Counted from the stretch's first letter, positions 50,301-63,916 are shown. The stretch: 64,000 bases of DNA from Antedon mediterranea (GCF_964355755.1 NC_092676.1:27856871-27920870); one strand, 5' to 3'. The notes: generated by a model not told the origin, from the sequence alone. Made by a program: numbers and translations.

Positions 50301-53300
50301 AATAATAAATAATATTTGTAATACGATGAGATTGTGGAAGCTAAAAAAAAATCAATAAGTGAAATATAGCAGAAGGCAACAGATGGCATTTAATACTTAC
50401 AATAATCAATAATTAATGTCTCCCAAAAAAATGTTTATTTTCAAATGCAATAAGGGAAAAGATGATTAGCATGCTTTTATAGATTCATTTATTCATTCAA
50501 TGCACTTTTTCCTTTCTAATAATTCATTGTGAATTCAGAGAACTTATTAGTTGTAATTGATTCAATCTAACTGTTATAATGCCGGCTAAACCATTGATAA
50601 ATGTTGCACTGTAAAAGGCTGTTCTATTAAATGAGCTCTAATAGCTGTTTCAGATTAACAAAAAGATTCTTTTTTTATAATTTCATTTTGGTTAAACTTT
50701 GTTAAATGAGGGTGACTAAAAACACTTAACAGCAAAAGCTGTCCATATGTGGACATGATGATGTCATATAAAAAATCATCATAATTGGGCATATCACTAC
50801 CATATTTGGGCAAATCAAACTTTTGTTGTAAAACTAGTTTGATAATGTGGACAGAGCTTAAAACAACAGTCACCTGCGATAAAGTGTTGGTCCGCAGATC
50901 TTTCTGTTTGTTAGAGATTGTCTCGTTCTTGTAGTCAATTGCTGCATCTAAAGCGTCTATTCCTTCGTTCAACTCAATTAATCTAAAAATAGTAATTATA
51001 ATAATATATCTTAATGATGAATTTCCTGAGATCTGTTTTAAAATAGAAATATGAATTGCTGAATAGAATTGATTGATATTTAGCTGTACTTTAGAGAAAA
51101 CAGCGTAGTAACGTGTAGTCTACACTATACAATAAAAAGTCTCTAACCTTCGTTCCTGTCGTGGTGATAGTATGCTGCCTAGCTGTAACTTTTCATCCAG
51201 CAGATTTCTCTGTTGAACTAATTTATCACTGAAAAAGTATATTAAAATATGTAGAGAAATAAAGATAAAAAAAGAATGGAATTATTTCTCTATTGGAGCA
51301 CAATCTTTTAGGGGACACCCATATATGGAATTATTTTTTTGATTGACAAAAGGAGGGAAAATACAATTAAGAACTAAAGAGACATTTTTTAGTAGTAGAA
51401 CTAATGTTCTGTCTACACTATCAAACTTTATGTGACTAAAAATGTGATGTGCCCATATATGGACATGATGATGTCAAATAACTACCATATTTGAACACAT
51501 CACTACCATATTTGGGCACATCACACATTTTTTGTCAAAGGAGAGGGGAAATGGAACCCCTTATCAAGGAAAGACTGAAGTCCTAAAAGCACAGTATCAT
51601 TAATTTCTTTTTAATTTACCGATCTACAATAAGACCTTCTATCCTTTGTTTGATAGCTGGAAGTGAGTTCTCTACACTCATCCTCATTTCAAGGTCCTTT
51701 TCTTCAATCTCTTTATCTGCATTTTTTATTCGCAATGCTAGCCCGTGAATATCCTAAAAAATATGTAATACATTAAAAAAATCTATCTGTTACAATCTTC
51801 AAATCTTATAAATCCTATTTTAGTGTCATTTCTGTTTTGTATTGTTTGTTGTATATGGAATTTTTATTCTGAAATAATCTAAATATTTCAATAACAATAA
51901 ACTGAATGATGTATGTTACTGTAATGCCATAATTAACCAAAAATGTAATTATTTATTTATTTGTTTTTTTCATTTCATTTCCTGCCAACAGCGAATCATC
52001 ACCACTAACAGGCTGGTTAAAATCTTAAAATAAAACAACTACAACCACCACTACTATTGGATTTATTAATTGTCTTAAAGATGTATTGTCCCCCTCAAAA
52101 AAATGTACAAAAAAGGTATTTTGGTTGAATTTAACCATTTATTTTGTCATTTTATAAGTGAAAACATAATTTTTTTGTTTTTTTTTTCTACGGAAGTGTT
52201 TAACTTTATTAAAACTACAAAATAAAATATTCAAAGTCTGATTTAAATAATCTTCATTTTTCATGTTTTTGGGGGACAATACATCTTCAAATTGTATGGT
52301 ATTATATATTAAAAAAATGGTAACATATAATTTAATAAACTTTATATGACATATTCATACCAACAAATCAATCTTCATTTAAAATATGTCAGCATTTATC
52401 AATCAATTCATTTTTTATTAATAGTCAGAAATGGTTAGATTTTAAATTTCTTGAAATAACCATAATGAAAAATGACTGGCAATGATGTGGCTAATTATTC
52501 TCGTAGGTTATTAACCGCAATCTGTTTCACAAACAATCAATAGCCACAATAGACAATCTTGAAACGTTAAAAGGTTAAAGAATATATTAATTAGACGTAA
52601 TTAATGATGGTAATTTCCTGGCTTGTTGTTGTGATGTCATTCCTATTGAGGTCTTTGACTTGTAACAAAAAGATGAGGTTTCTGCACAACAAGCAAATAT
52701 ATATATCTTTCACACATAAAATATAAATTTTTTGATAAAGATCTGTCTACACTATCTTTGATTTTTAACAAAAAGATAAGGTTTCTGCACAACATAACAC
52801 AAAGTGAATATATCCTTCACACACACACATATTTGTGTACTATTGCATGCCATGTGACCCATAATCGTCCAATCCAATGACAGAAATTTATTTAGGCGTT
52901 ATGTAAATTAAAATATTTAACTTTTTTGCTAATATATAGTATACTATTCTAATATTTACAATACTACTATACATTATCAAGACACGCATATAAATATATA
53001 ACCACAAATTATCTTCTGTGGTCTAATGGTTGAGACACCCTCCCTGCATGAAAAATGTCATAGGTACAATTCCAACCAAAAGTTCTATATACAATTAAAA
53101 TCATTTTTCTAATTGTTTATTAATTTATGACTATTATTTTGAGAACTTATGTATTTGTAAATATATTGTTGTTACTAACCTGTGATAAAACAGTACTTGA
53201 ACGCAGTTTCTTAATCTCAAGCTGGCTTTTCTCTCTTAACATTGCCTCTCTTTTGGCAAGAATAATTTCCCTCTTTTGTAGTTCCTAAAAAAAACAAACA

Positions 53301-56300
53301 CATAATTATTAATTACTGATCAGATATATATATATATTGTATAAATTATTGTACTGTAAAACTAAATTTTAAGAAAGTACATGTATTTATTTATCCAGAG
53401 TATTCTAACGAGTTTGAGTTAGGTTCTTTTGGAGCCCTGAACATGGATTAACTTTGGAGCCCTGAACATGGATTAACTTTGGAGCCCTGAACATGGATTA
53501 ACTTTGGAACCTTGAAAATCGATTAATTTTAGAGCGCTGAACATGGATTAACTTTACTAACATCCTTTATCAATCACTTACAACTTCAAGTTCCTGGACT
53601 TTCTTCTTTTTTTCAAGAACCTTCTCAACTTCTCCATCCAACCATTTTCTTTGTTCTTCTACCTTCAGCTGTTCATCCGTGATGGTACCACCTCCTGCAC
53701 TCCTCAACTTCCTCTGAGCTGCAGCAACCTGGAAATAAATCATCATAGCTCACCCTATTCTGTTTTTTTTTTTCACATAATTTTTTACAATTTCTGTTGT
53801 GTGTACTGAGCATGGACTTGCAGAACATGTATTTAAAGTTATTTTATTGATTGATGGTAATAAACCATGATGGACATATTGTCAACAAAGATCTTATATA
53901 CTGTACCTCTTCTGTTTTTCTTTTAAGAATTTTCTGCTGCTGTTCATTTCTTATCTCAAGTTCCTTAATCCGCTTCTGATCCTGTTTTAGATCCCTCTGT
54001 GGATAAATAAAATTATGCACATTTATAGATAACATAATTATTATATATTTGAAGATCAAGTTAGATTAGAAAGAAGTTTATGATGCGTACCTATTCTATT
54101 TCATAAGCATCTAACATCTAAACTCTAGCACTAGGTTTGGATTGAACCCCAGACCTTGGGATTGGAAGGCAGGCATGTTAACCACCAAGGCTATAAAACT
54201 CACCTCCATCTTGATCTTGCGTTCACTCTCCTCCTTCAAGCGCCTCTGCATCAGTTCCTGGTGACTCTTCATCTTTTCAATGGCAACTTCTAACTCTGAC
54301 GCCCGCTTCTCACTCTGGGTCTGGATTTTAGCCATCTTGTTTGTATCCTAAAATCAATTATATTTAGATAATATATTATTTCACTTGCTTTACAAATGTT
54401 CAAACTATTAGAGGACTCTCACAATTTGGATATATAATTATCATGGCCTTGTAGAAGAACACCTTTGTGGTGACACAAGCTTTTCCGTGTTAAAATAAAG
54501 TATTATTATTATTATTGGAATATTTTTTAAATACCTTACTAGTGTAACCAATGCTTGTTTTTTTTTCTCTTGGATTGTTTCAAATAAATTTGAATGAAAT
54601 GAAAACAAGCTTTGTTATAATTGATGGCATTTACCTGTTGTTTTTTCTCAAGTAATTTCATCTTATTCTTGGCTTCTTCCATCTTCTTTTTATATTCACT
54701 TCTTAGTTTTTGTTTCTGCTTTGTGTCAGCTTGACCTTTAGACTCCAGGTCATGCAAGGCTTGTTGAGCTTCCATCAAATCCTTCTTTGCTGATAACGAC
54801 TCCTGGAATATTCAAATTAGTAAAATAAATTTTATAAGGACCTCACACACACAAATTTATTTTGTCATCTTCTAAAAACATACCTTCTCAAGTTCTTTAA
54901 TCTTCATAGTGTACAGTTTATTCATGGCTTCAGACTCTTTTCCAGTTTTTACAAGTTCTCTTATGAGCTCTTCCTTCAGTCTATAAAACAACAGAGATTT
55001 TCATATAACACAAAATTATAATATCAAACTAAATAATTTTTCTGTATCCATTACAAATAAAACTCACCTAATATTTAAAGTCAATTCTCGCATCTTCTGC
55101 TGCGATTGGTTGAAGCGTAGTTGTGAGTCTCGCACTTTCTTCTCGTTCTGTTCTGTACTTGTTCGCAAGTCTTCAACGTCTATGACGGATTTCTCTAATT
55201 CATCCTGTATGACCATTGTGCCTGATAAACAGGAGACAAAATATTTTACACATCAAAAATTTGCAGAAATATTTATTTGTATATTATATCTTTATCCTAT
55301 TTAAATAACAAATAGTGCTTAACAAACAGATGTGCATGATCATAAACAATACTACTCTTGATGCTATGATAGCTTCTGTAACCACCCCAAATAAAGAATG
55401 CTTAAACTCAATGTAGATTTATTCAGTAATGTTTGTGATTGCAAGTATTCATGTTTGTTATGCTGTTTGATTGTTGCTCTGACTCAAAATAAACAAAAAT
55501 ACATGTGATAGACAATGATTTAAAATACCTTTTGGAATTCTACTCTTGCGCCCAGAAGTGGTTCTGGTCTTGACAGGAGCTGACCTAATTGCCTTTTTGT
55601 GGCTCCATGTTTTACCCAATGGACTGCAAGAAAACAGAAACCCAAAATTAGAAACTTCTCTAAAAACTTCATTAAAAAAAAATATTATGGAATATAATAA
55701 ATGGTTTAAGAAGAAGTAATACGTGAAGAAGAGGATACAGTTGGAACTGTGATGGCATACCTGTTGCCAGAAAACTCATCATCTGAGCTATCACCGAGGG
55801 AGCCACCAAATTCTTGGTGGAGAACCTCGTCGTCGTCTTCAATACGCTTCACCAGAATCTGACTTCTTGCTCGGAAACCTTGAACGATACGATCTAGAGA
55901 AAACTGAAAGAAAGAAAAATATTTGATAAAAAATGATACTTGTGGTTAAAAATGTCAGTGATTATAACATTATGACCTTGCTGTCAGTGATTATAACCTA
56001 TGACATTGTTGTCAGTGATTATATAACCTATGACCTTTCTACCAGTGATTATAACCTATGACCTTGCTTGTAACCTCATAATAGGTTAGTACAGTACATA
56101 CCAATGGCGGACTTGTGTGCAAGCGTCTACTTTGAGGCCTTGCTGGAACACCACCAGATGATTCCGAGGCTATTCGTCTTCGACCAATCATGTGAGCTGG
56201 AACTGATTTTGCTCTTTGACCTTTTGCTGGTGGAGGGTTTATTGGATTGGCATTTTGCTGTTCCTGTAAAAATATTAAATTATAATAATATTAACAATTA

Positions 56301-59300
56301 TTAAACCAAAATATATACTTCAGGACGAAGAAACACTCATGTTTGATATCAAAGGAAATAATTATATAAGTAAAGTAACAGACCTTCTCTTCAAAGTTTC
56401 TTAATAGTTCTGTCAGCTCATCTATCCTGATCTGTTGCTGAACTAAGCCCTCCTCTTGTAATCTGTTCCTTTCCATTGCTTCCTCCAGAAAATGAGCCAT
56501 CTCCATCCCAGACTTTTCCTGGAACGAAAAAAAAGATGATGTGTTCTTAATAAAATTAGTGGTAGTAGTTTGAATAAAATGAATGCAATACTAAAAGCTG
56601 CGTTCTTTGAAGTTGTCAAAGTTTTTACTAACCAGTTCCTCAACACGTTCTTGCAGCATGTTGGCCTCCTTTACCTTCTCAGCAAAGATTTCTTCATCAC
56701 TGGCCAGATCTGCAAGGGCCTAGGAAATATAAAGAACAGTTTTAAATTAATGAGAAATGATTTAAGGTTTTTATTTCTTCTGGGTTGGTTCCATTTGTTC
56801 TTAAGACACCCCTCCCTCCAGATTGTAAGTAAATATTTCTTCTCTGCATAAAACAACATATAATCAATGAACAAACTATAGTTCTTAATATAAAATGAGT
56901 GATGCTCAAATTAGATAACTAGATGTACCTTTTTTAGCCTAGATTCCAATTCAGTCACTCTTGTGCTGTCTTGATCAATATCCTCTAGCTCAGAGACTAT
57001 CTGGTTGTTAGCCTCGAGTACCAGATCCATCCAGTTTTGAATGGATCCTGTCTGAGGTTTGTTAAGATTCTGAGTGTTCAAGAGGTCAACAAAGATCTTC
57101 TTTGCTTCTTCTGTGCAGACTTTAAAATGGGCACACGTTGTTCTCACACTTAAAGAGAAAAGTTGCAAGTTATGTTGTTGTACATTTGTAAAGCTCTGTA
57201 AACACTATCAAACTAGTTTGACAAAAAAAGTGTGATGTGCCCGAATATGGTAGTGATATGCTTAAATATGGTAGTGATATGACATCATCATGTCCATATA
57301 TGGGCACATCATATTTACATAAAGTTTGATAGTGTAGACAGAAAGTAATGTTAAGAGGTGCTTAACAAAGTTAAACCGGAAATGCTTCTGTTTACAAATG
57401 TGTTTTGAGACGTATTTTGAAAATATTGACGTTTTCTGACGTCATCGTCACCTCTAATTATTGGTTATACTGTTTTAAATAATATCAATAGAATTTTTCA
57501 GAAATATTGAAATTTTAATTTTGCAAACAAAGCAAATTATGTATTTCTGCAACTTGATACATTTCTAAAAACTTTCTTTTTTTTAATTAACAATAACATA
57601 TGAACACATGATACCTTCGTATTTGTCTTTCAAGAACCTCTATCTTCTCTTTATCTTCTTCACTCTGATCAACGGTTCCTAATGCCGTTTTCTGTCGCTG
57701 CAACTCCTCCCTTAATGCCTGGATCTCTGTCTGCATCTCCTCCATTCTAATGGACTGTACATCTTGGTTTACTATTGGTTTATTCTTTATATTCTTGGCC
57801 TGTTCAAATAATTTATTAAAATGTAATATATCTACATCCTCAGTGGCGCAACGCAATGGACAAATGCTCCTAGTTTAGTACTCCTAAAGCGTGGTTCCCA
57901 CTAGCGACGCAACACAAGGACGTAACGCAAGTGAATTGACCAATCACAAGCGATTGCTTATTTGCTTGTGATTGCTAACTGTCTATAACTTCGCTTGTCA
58001 TTGGTTAAAACGCTTGCATTGCGTTTACGTCCTTGCGTTACGTTCTAGTGTAGTTATTATTACTATTATTATTATTATTATTAGAAATTCGACACAATAG
58101 CAATAGCAATACATCAAAATTCAAAGAGAAAAAAAAAGGTATGTTCTGGGGCCAAGCTCTGGGAGGCCTGGCTTTAGCAAGTGAGCGCTAATAGTCGGTA
58201 CATGTACATCATGTTCTGGGGCCAAGCTCTGAGAGGCCTGGCTTTAGCAAGTGAGTGCTAATAGTTGGTACACTACTGCACATCATGTTCTGGGGCCAAG
58301 CTCTGGGAGGCCTGGCTTTAGCAAGTGAGTGCTAATAGTCGGTACACGTACATCATGTTCTGGGGCCAAGCTCTGAGAGGCCTGGCTTTAGCAAGTGAGC
58401 GCTAATAGTCGGTACACTACTGCACATCATGTTCTGGGGCCAAGCTCTGGGAGGCCTGGCTTTAGCAAGTGAGCGCTAATAGTCGGTACATGTACATCAT
58501 GTTCTGGGGCCAAGCTCTGAGAGGCCTGGCTTTAGCAAGTGAGCGCTAATAGTCGGTACACTACTGCACATCATGTTCTGGGGCCAAGCTCTGGGAGGCC
58601 TGGCTTTAGCAAGTGAGCGCTAATAGTCGGTACATGTACATCATGTTCTGGGGCCAAGCTCTGGGAGGCCTGGCTTTAGCAAGTGAGTGATAGTCAGTAC
58701 ACTACTGCACATCATATTCTATTTTGAAAGTAAAGTGTACATTTTATTATTTATTTATAATACTTGGTGCATTGATGCCTTTGCAGCTCAAAACGAAGCT
58801 AAACTGGGATTGGGTGCAGGTAAAGCGTCAAAATGTGGGAAAATGTATATAACACTCTCTTAAATGACAGTAAATTTAAAGAAAAACTGAGGAAAAACAA
58901 TAATAAGTGATTTACATAATTATTCACATACCCTATTTGCGTATTTCAAAGAGTTCAACGTTTCATCAAAGTTGACAGCGGACGGACTTATGCACGTTAT
59001 CATACAGGTCTTAGCATTGCCACCAAGCGAGTCCTTTAAGATTCTTGTTATCTTGGAATCACGGTAAGGAATGTGAATGTTCTTCTTTTTTTGGTCACTG
59101 AGGGCGCTGATAACGTTACCTAACGCCAACAGACCGCTATTAATATGAACGGATTCTACAGATTGAAGAAAAAAATAAAAATTGTATAATGAAATCAAAT
59201 TTTGTATGGTTTAAAAATATAATGCGGATATATAGGCTGTTTCAACTGAATGATGAAAAACTATAAAGGTTTATTGTATAATGATACCTTTGAAGCGTTC

Positions 59301-61011
59301 TCCGGCATTGCCTGTGCGATGTGCTTGTTCCGAGCCGGCGAGATCAACAAAGTGGAACTTAGATGATCTTAAATGGTTGTATGTTACATCGTCTTCGTCA
59401 TTCTTGCTTGGTTTCTTGTCTTTCTCATTTTCATCTTGCCAATTTTGATCTAAAATCGAAGAAATTTAATTTAATTTTGACAAAAATTAATATGAATAAT
59501 TATTGGTTTGGAAAAAAGAATATTTTCAATATACTTATACCTACAAACCAGATGAACATTTTCAATCATGATTAAATCATCCAAATATAGAAGAGGTGAC
59601 TCACTTAAGACTACAGTAAATATTGCATGAGATCGGCTGGAATATTCGTTCATATTGGTGGAACCAGTCTGTCGATGGGACGAACCAGATGCCAGACAAC
59701 TCATCACATCTTCCATGGAATTACATGGCATCTCTTTTGCTCCAATGATAACTGTTGGGAAAATGGATTTAATAATTAAATGTATAAAATAAGATGATAA
59801 TTGTATTTAACCTTCAGGGAGTAATTGGTCAGAGCTAGTGATCTTGAAGTCGTGGGTTCGAGTCCTACTCTAAACCTGCCAACTATATACCTGTGTTGCC
59901 ATTTTCATCTTCCCGTATATGCATATCTTTATTGCTAGTCTCCCTATCCAGCAGGTCACGTAATTCCTCTTTGTAGATTTCAATGTACGACACTTTAATG
60001 GCATGTTCTACATCTTCATTTCCCTACAAAAAATAAAATATAAGTTTTTTTTTGAGTAAAGAAACACAATTTTACTCAAACTCCATATTAAAAAAATATA
60101 ATACACAATAATTTTGTAATACCTTGATTTTGTTAAATATTTGCTGCACTGCTCTTGGTATGATTCCATATTCCTCTGTGGTTATATTGATGTAATTACC
60201 TCCACCAACGGTGAATGTTTTTCCTGAACCCTAAAAAGATAAATAAAAACATTCAATTTTAGAACTGTGCCAATATGAATTCAATAAAAATTCAAAAGAA
60301 ATTAAATACTTACAGTTTGGCCATAAGCAAATATAGTTGCGTTATACCCCTCAAACAAACTGGAGACTAGACCTTCTACGCAGCTGTTGTATACATCCTC
60401 CTATAAAGAAAAAACGATACACAGGCTATAAAGATAGATAAAACGCTAGACTTTTTAACAATGAATTTTCTCCTAATAAATGGAAGAAGAAGAAACATAT
60501 TTGATAATCAAACTGATTTTTGATTCGAGAAACATAGTTTTGTATTGTATTTTTTGCTACACAATTGTACAAATATGTAGCAATAAGGTTGTTTTGTATA
60601 GCTTTTTGCTATGCTACACTGGCGAAATTATTCCCTGATGTGCAAGTGCCTACTCAACGTACCTGCGTACTCTTCGAGCCTAGAACAGTATCAAAAGTAA
60701 ATGCACGATCTCGGCCTATCACCACCTGATGAGAGTTGGACAGAACACGTACACACTGCTCATGGTGATGAAGCTTCTCTTTGGCAAGTAGTGGCCTTAC
60801 CTAGTATAAATAAATATATTAATAATAAACAATTATTATGTATTTCTGAAAGCAATTTATTATAAAACTAATTCTTCATTCATCACACAGACAATAGCAT
60901 CATGGTAAATTATAAACAAAGACTACTCATCATATAACAATATTAGTTTTTATATCTGTCATTTATGATACTTACTCTTACAGCAACACGGACTGGAACT
61001 TCTTGTGTCAT
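47319..61011 (-). CDS. KIF27: Kinesin-like protein KIF27/KIF7 (Costal2-related), about 1308 aa, spliced
   Basis: 31 coding exons: 60976-61011, 60663-60800, 60314-60400, 60123-60230, 59891-60023, 59605-59751, 59288-59449, 58932-59155, 57615-57799, 56929-57148, 56633-56719, 56384-56518, 56102-56263, 55761-55903, 55529-55623, 55068-55221, 54884-54980, 54635-54802, 54204-54347, 53907-53996, 53582-53728, 53180-53284, 51620-51753, 51148-51228, 50874-50982, 49931-50068, 49452-49615, 48691-48812, 48232-48340, 48002-48075, 47319-47347. Motor motifs [50 protein letters not shown]. Segments I recall as KIF27-typical: [46 protein letters not shown]. Long coiled coil. Confidence 0.9.
47407..47570. mobile_element. 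Degenerate hAT-like MITE
   Basis: GC-rich island with imperfect TIR ggtggattc...gaatccgccactg. A related end (ggggcggatccagga) lies near 335-350. Confidence 0.4.
49213..49470. repeat. 44-bp minisatellite, 6 copies, overlapping a kinesin exon/donor junction
   Basis: ctatggggtgtattcaatactgtaccttggtgtgttggacccag; one copy is 39 nt. Confidence 0.92.
49715..49902 (-). mobile_element. SINE family C copy
   Basis: Homologous to 31205-31382. Confidence 0.65.
50740..51540. mobile_element. Two truncated MITE family A copies (about 50740-50858, 51405-51540)
   Basis: One TIR each plus internal consensus. Confidence 0.7.
52079..52286. mobile_element. Kolobok-like element, internally deleted, reverse orientation
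   Basis: AGATGTATTGTCCCC...GGGGACAATACATCT. Confidence 0.7.
53428..53555. repeat. 25-bp minisatellite, 5 copies
   Basis: tttggagccctgaacatggattaac. Confidence 0.9.
55952..56066. repeat. Minisatellite of about 28-30 bp, 4 copies
   Basis: cagtgattataacctatgaccttg variants. Confidence 0.8.
57192..57343. mobile_element. MITE family A copy
   Basis: Family consensus; right tip eroded. Confidence 0.8.
57888..58050. mobile_element. Palindromic MITE remnant
   Basis: cactagcgacgcaacacaaggacgtaacgcaa ... ttgcgtttacgtccttgcgttacgttctagtg inverted arms. Confidence 0.55.
58141..58716. repeat. GC-rich minisatellite, 8 units alternating 70/74 bp
   Basis: atgttctggggccaagctct at 58141, 58211, 58285, 58355, 58429, 58499, 58573, 58643. 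Confidence 0.92.
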
Positions 61012-61117
61012 TTTATGGTTCTTTCTATTATTTTGTTGTTCTGCAAATATAATTATAATTATTATTCATTAAATATAAAAACAAAATAATTAGAAGAAGG
61101 AATTGACGAGGAAAGTC

Positions 61118-61970
61118 GGTTGATACGGTTTCGATCCAAGTCGGCCCTAAACCGTCTCGGCCAAAGTCAAGTCGGCCTCAAGTCAAGTCGGCCTCAAGTC
61201 AAGTCGGCCTCAAGTCAACTCGGCCTCAAGTCAACTCGTCCTCACGTCAACTCGGCCAAAAAATAATCGGTCAACTCGGCCCCGTTAAAGTATGGAACGC
61301 AAAAAGTGCAAATGAAGGGATTGATAAAATAATATTTCTTCACAATTTTTTAACTATAAATAATTCTGACTTTTAATGAATATTAATATTTAGACAATAA
61401 TATATTTAGCAAAAAAAATAGGAATGATTTCACCAACTTTCCTTTATTAATACGTTTAATAAAATTTCAAATTGCACAATTGAAAACAATTCGTAGCTGC
61501 GCCTCCCTGCGCCTTTGGCAGCTTTTTCGATATCTACAACTGCTACTGCTACGTGTTTTCCCTGACCGGGGATTCCCCCTTTTTTTTAACGCAAATCATG
61601 GACAAAAACGATCATGTACGATCATTTTTTCTATGGCCAAATGGTGGAACGTAGGCCTCCGTCTTCGATTTACTAAAATGCGGTACCTGCACGTGTTTTT
61701 GTAACACGCGGGTACTTATATTCATATCGGCAATGAGTTCATTTTTTTATATATTATTTAATTATATATTTTTTTTTTATTTCTTCATTTTTTTTAAAGC
61801 GTGGATAGTAAGATTCATAATAATATTAAGCACTTTTTGCGTTCCATGGCCGAGTTGACCGATTAGTTTTTGGCCGAGTTGACGTGAGGCCGAGTTGACT
61901 TGAGGCCGACTTGACGTGGGGCCGACTTGACTTTGGCCGAGACGGTTTAGGGCCGACTTGACCTGCACCT
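61118..61970. mobile_element. Non-autonomous DNA transposon with long, internally repetitive TIRs (Merlin- or MULE-like)
   Basis: Inverted arms of about 150-170 nt built from 16-nt CAAGTCAA(G/C)TCGGCCT units. Direct repeat GGAAAGTC at 61110-61117 and 61971-61978. GGT...ACC(T) termini. Confidence 0.75.
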
Positions 61971-62299
61971 GGAAAGTCAGATGCATCGTACCTCAGGGCC
62001 TAGTAGTAGAATAGGTCTAAACCTCACTCATCTGAAAAAGGGAAACCCTACTACTAGCTAGGCCTAGTGATGATGAGGAGGTTGGTACCAACATGGATTG
62101 GAGGAGGGTGGCAGGACATGGATGGGATGGGCCAACCATTCAACTAGCTACATATAATGATGAAAACGAGGCCTAGCATACGATACGACCAGCATACGAC
62201 TCACAGCAATAAGAGAGCTACTAGACGTCCTTAAACATCAAGGACTTTTAATTTATCACACTTTGCTTTATAATAACATTTATAATGACAAAAACTCAC

Positions 62300-62400
62300 C
62301 CAGTCTAATATTTGATCAATCTATACTACATAATATTTAAATTTAACTTTGAGAAATCCAGTCCGTTGGCAAGTTTTTGTTGTTTACCAACGAAACGATG
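62300..62400 (-). promoter_or_regulatory. Putative non-coding first exon/promoter of the kinesin gene
   Basis: The ATG exon has an upstream acceptor (61041-61042), so a UTR exon is expected. Strong minus-strand donor G|GTGAGT at 62300. Forkhead core TGTTTAC at 62381-62387. The 5' end is undefined. Confidence 0.4.
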
Positions 62401-62519
62401 TATTGAATTACGCCCTCTATATTAAACGACATAATGTGAGACACGCCCTCTCAAGTCTCAAACATTTTCTCTTGAGTATAGGGAGTTTATACAGAGCCTC
62501 GTTTTGAATATTTATCGAT

Positions 62520-62843
62520 ATTGATTGATTGATTGAAATATATATTTATACTGGGTAACCTCTTCAGTCAAAGACTGGTCTCCCAGAGTGCCCAGTTGGT
62601 AATCAGTGGCTGTGATGTACTAATACACCGGGGTAACCCCCTACTCGTCTCGAAAGATGTACTAGGTTCTTTGAAGTGCACACGAGCTAGATGTGTACAC
62701 TGGACCTACGGTTTATAGTCCTTATCCGAGAAGACTCGTTCTACCACCAGAACCATGGAGTGAGTGAGAATCGAACCCATGCCGATGTTATGGCTACGTA
62801 ATTACGGTTCCACTGTCTTAACCGCTCGGCCACTCACTCACTC
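62520..62843 (-). mobile_element. tRNA-derived SINE, V-SINE-like, full length
   Basis: Box A TGGCCGAGCGG, box B GGTTCGATTC, V-domain-like GGATAAGGACTATAAACCGTAGGTCC...GGGGTTACCCCGGTGT, (ATCA)n tail. Confidence 0.8.
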
Positions 62844-63784
62844 AATAACGACGCATAATTATCATTACTATTATAATTATTTGAGAGGCAGTGCATTTTG
62901 ACTAAATAATATCTTCACATAATAACTTAGATTAGTTGAAACAATAAAGGCACGGTGATATTGCAAAAGTGTTAAATATTATGTTTATATATTTGTTCCA
63001 TCATTAAATTTTAAGTACATAATTATAATAACATGATATAAGTGTCTTTTTTAAGACTATATAGGCTAGATTTTTATGACATTTTTAAAATACACATTTT
63101 ACCGTTAGCCTGTAACAAAACTAACTGTTACTACCGTCGAAATGACACTTAAAATCACCGACCTAAAACCAACCCCCTCTGAAATTTCCAGTACTATATT
63201 TACTACATGCAACATATACCGAGTAATTTTTCTTTCAATATCTTTCTTGAATGATTGCTTTCAAGCTTACGTCGTGGACGTATTAACTGCAACTCATGTT
63301 AGAATCCTAATTGGGGGGTGGGGTGTGGGGGGGGGGGGCGAAGTGAGGGAGATCACATATTACTGTTTGAGCTACAGCAATTTTGTCTTAATTTAAAGAT
63401 TCCTACATTTTAAATCGTTAAACTTATAATAATGTTGGATAGTAAAGTGTACGGCGAGGGCTACTTATGTTTTTTTTTTATTATGAAGGAATGTGCATTT
63501 TTTACCAGCTGAATCTCAAGTTACTAAATACTATATACTATTGTTTTTAATATTAAATCATTGTCATATTGTATTATTACTAGCTTATTTAAAAACAAAT
63601 TACAAAAACGATACTCTAAACGGAATATTTATATTCATCAATACATTCTACTAAATGACACTAAATATTATATATAAACATTGCATAAAATAATAATTAC
63701 ATAGAGGAATGTACATATATAGGATATAGTATAATATAGCAATAAAAACTAATAGATATTCAATACAGATGTTTGTGCATGTTA

Positions 63785-63916
63785 AGCTCTGTCTACACTA
63801 CCAAACTTATATGACAAAAAAATGTGATGTGCCCATATACGATGATGTCATATCACTACCATATTTGGGCACATCACATTTTTTTTCACATAAACTTTGA
63901 TAGTGTAGACAGAGCT
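63785..63916. mobile_element. MITE family A copy
   Basis: Both TIRs intact, flanked by TTA and TAA. Confidence 0.8.

Noticed and set aside
62755-62843. tRNA gene
   Set aside because: It has A and B boxes but is the head of a repeated SINE and lacks a canonical cloverleaf. The same applies to tRNA-like bits near 27525-27580, 35825-35880, 53020-53075 and 59815-59875.
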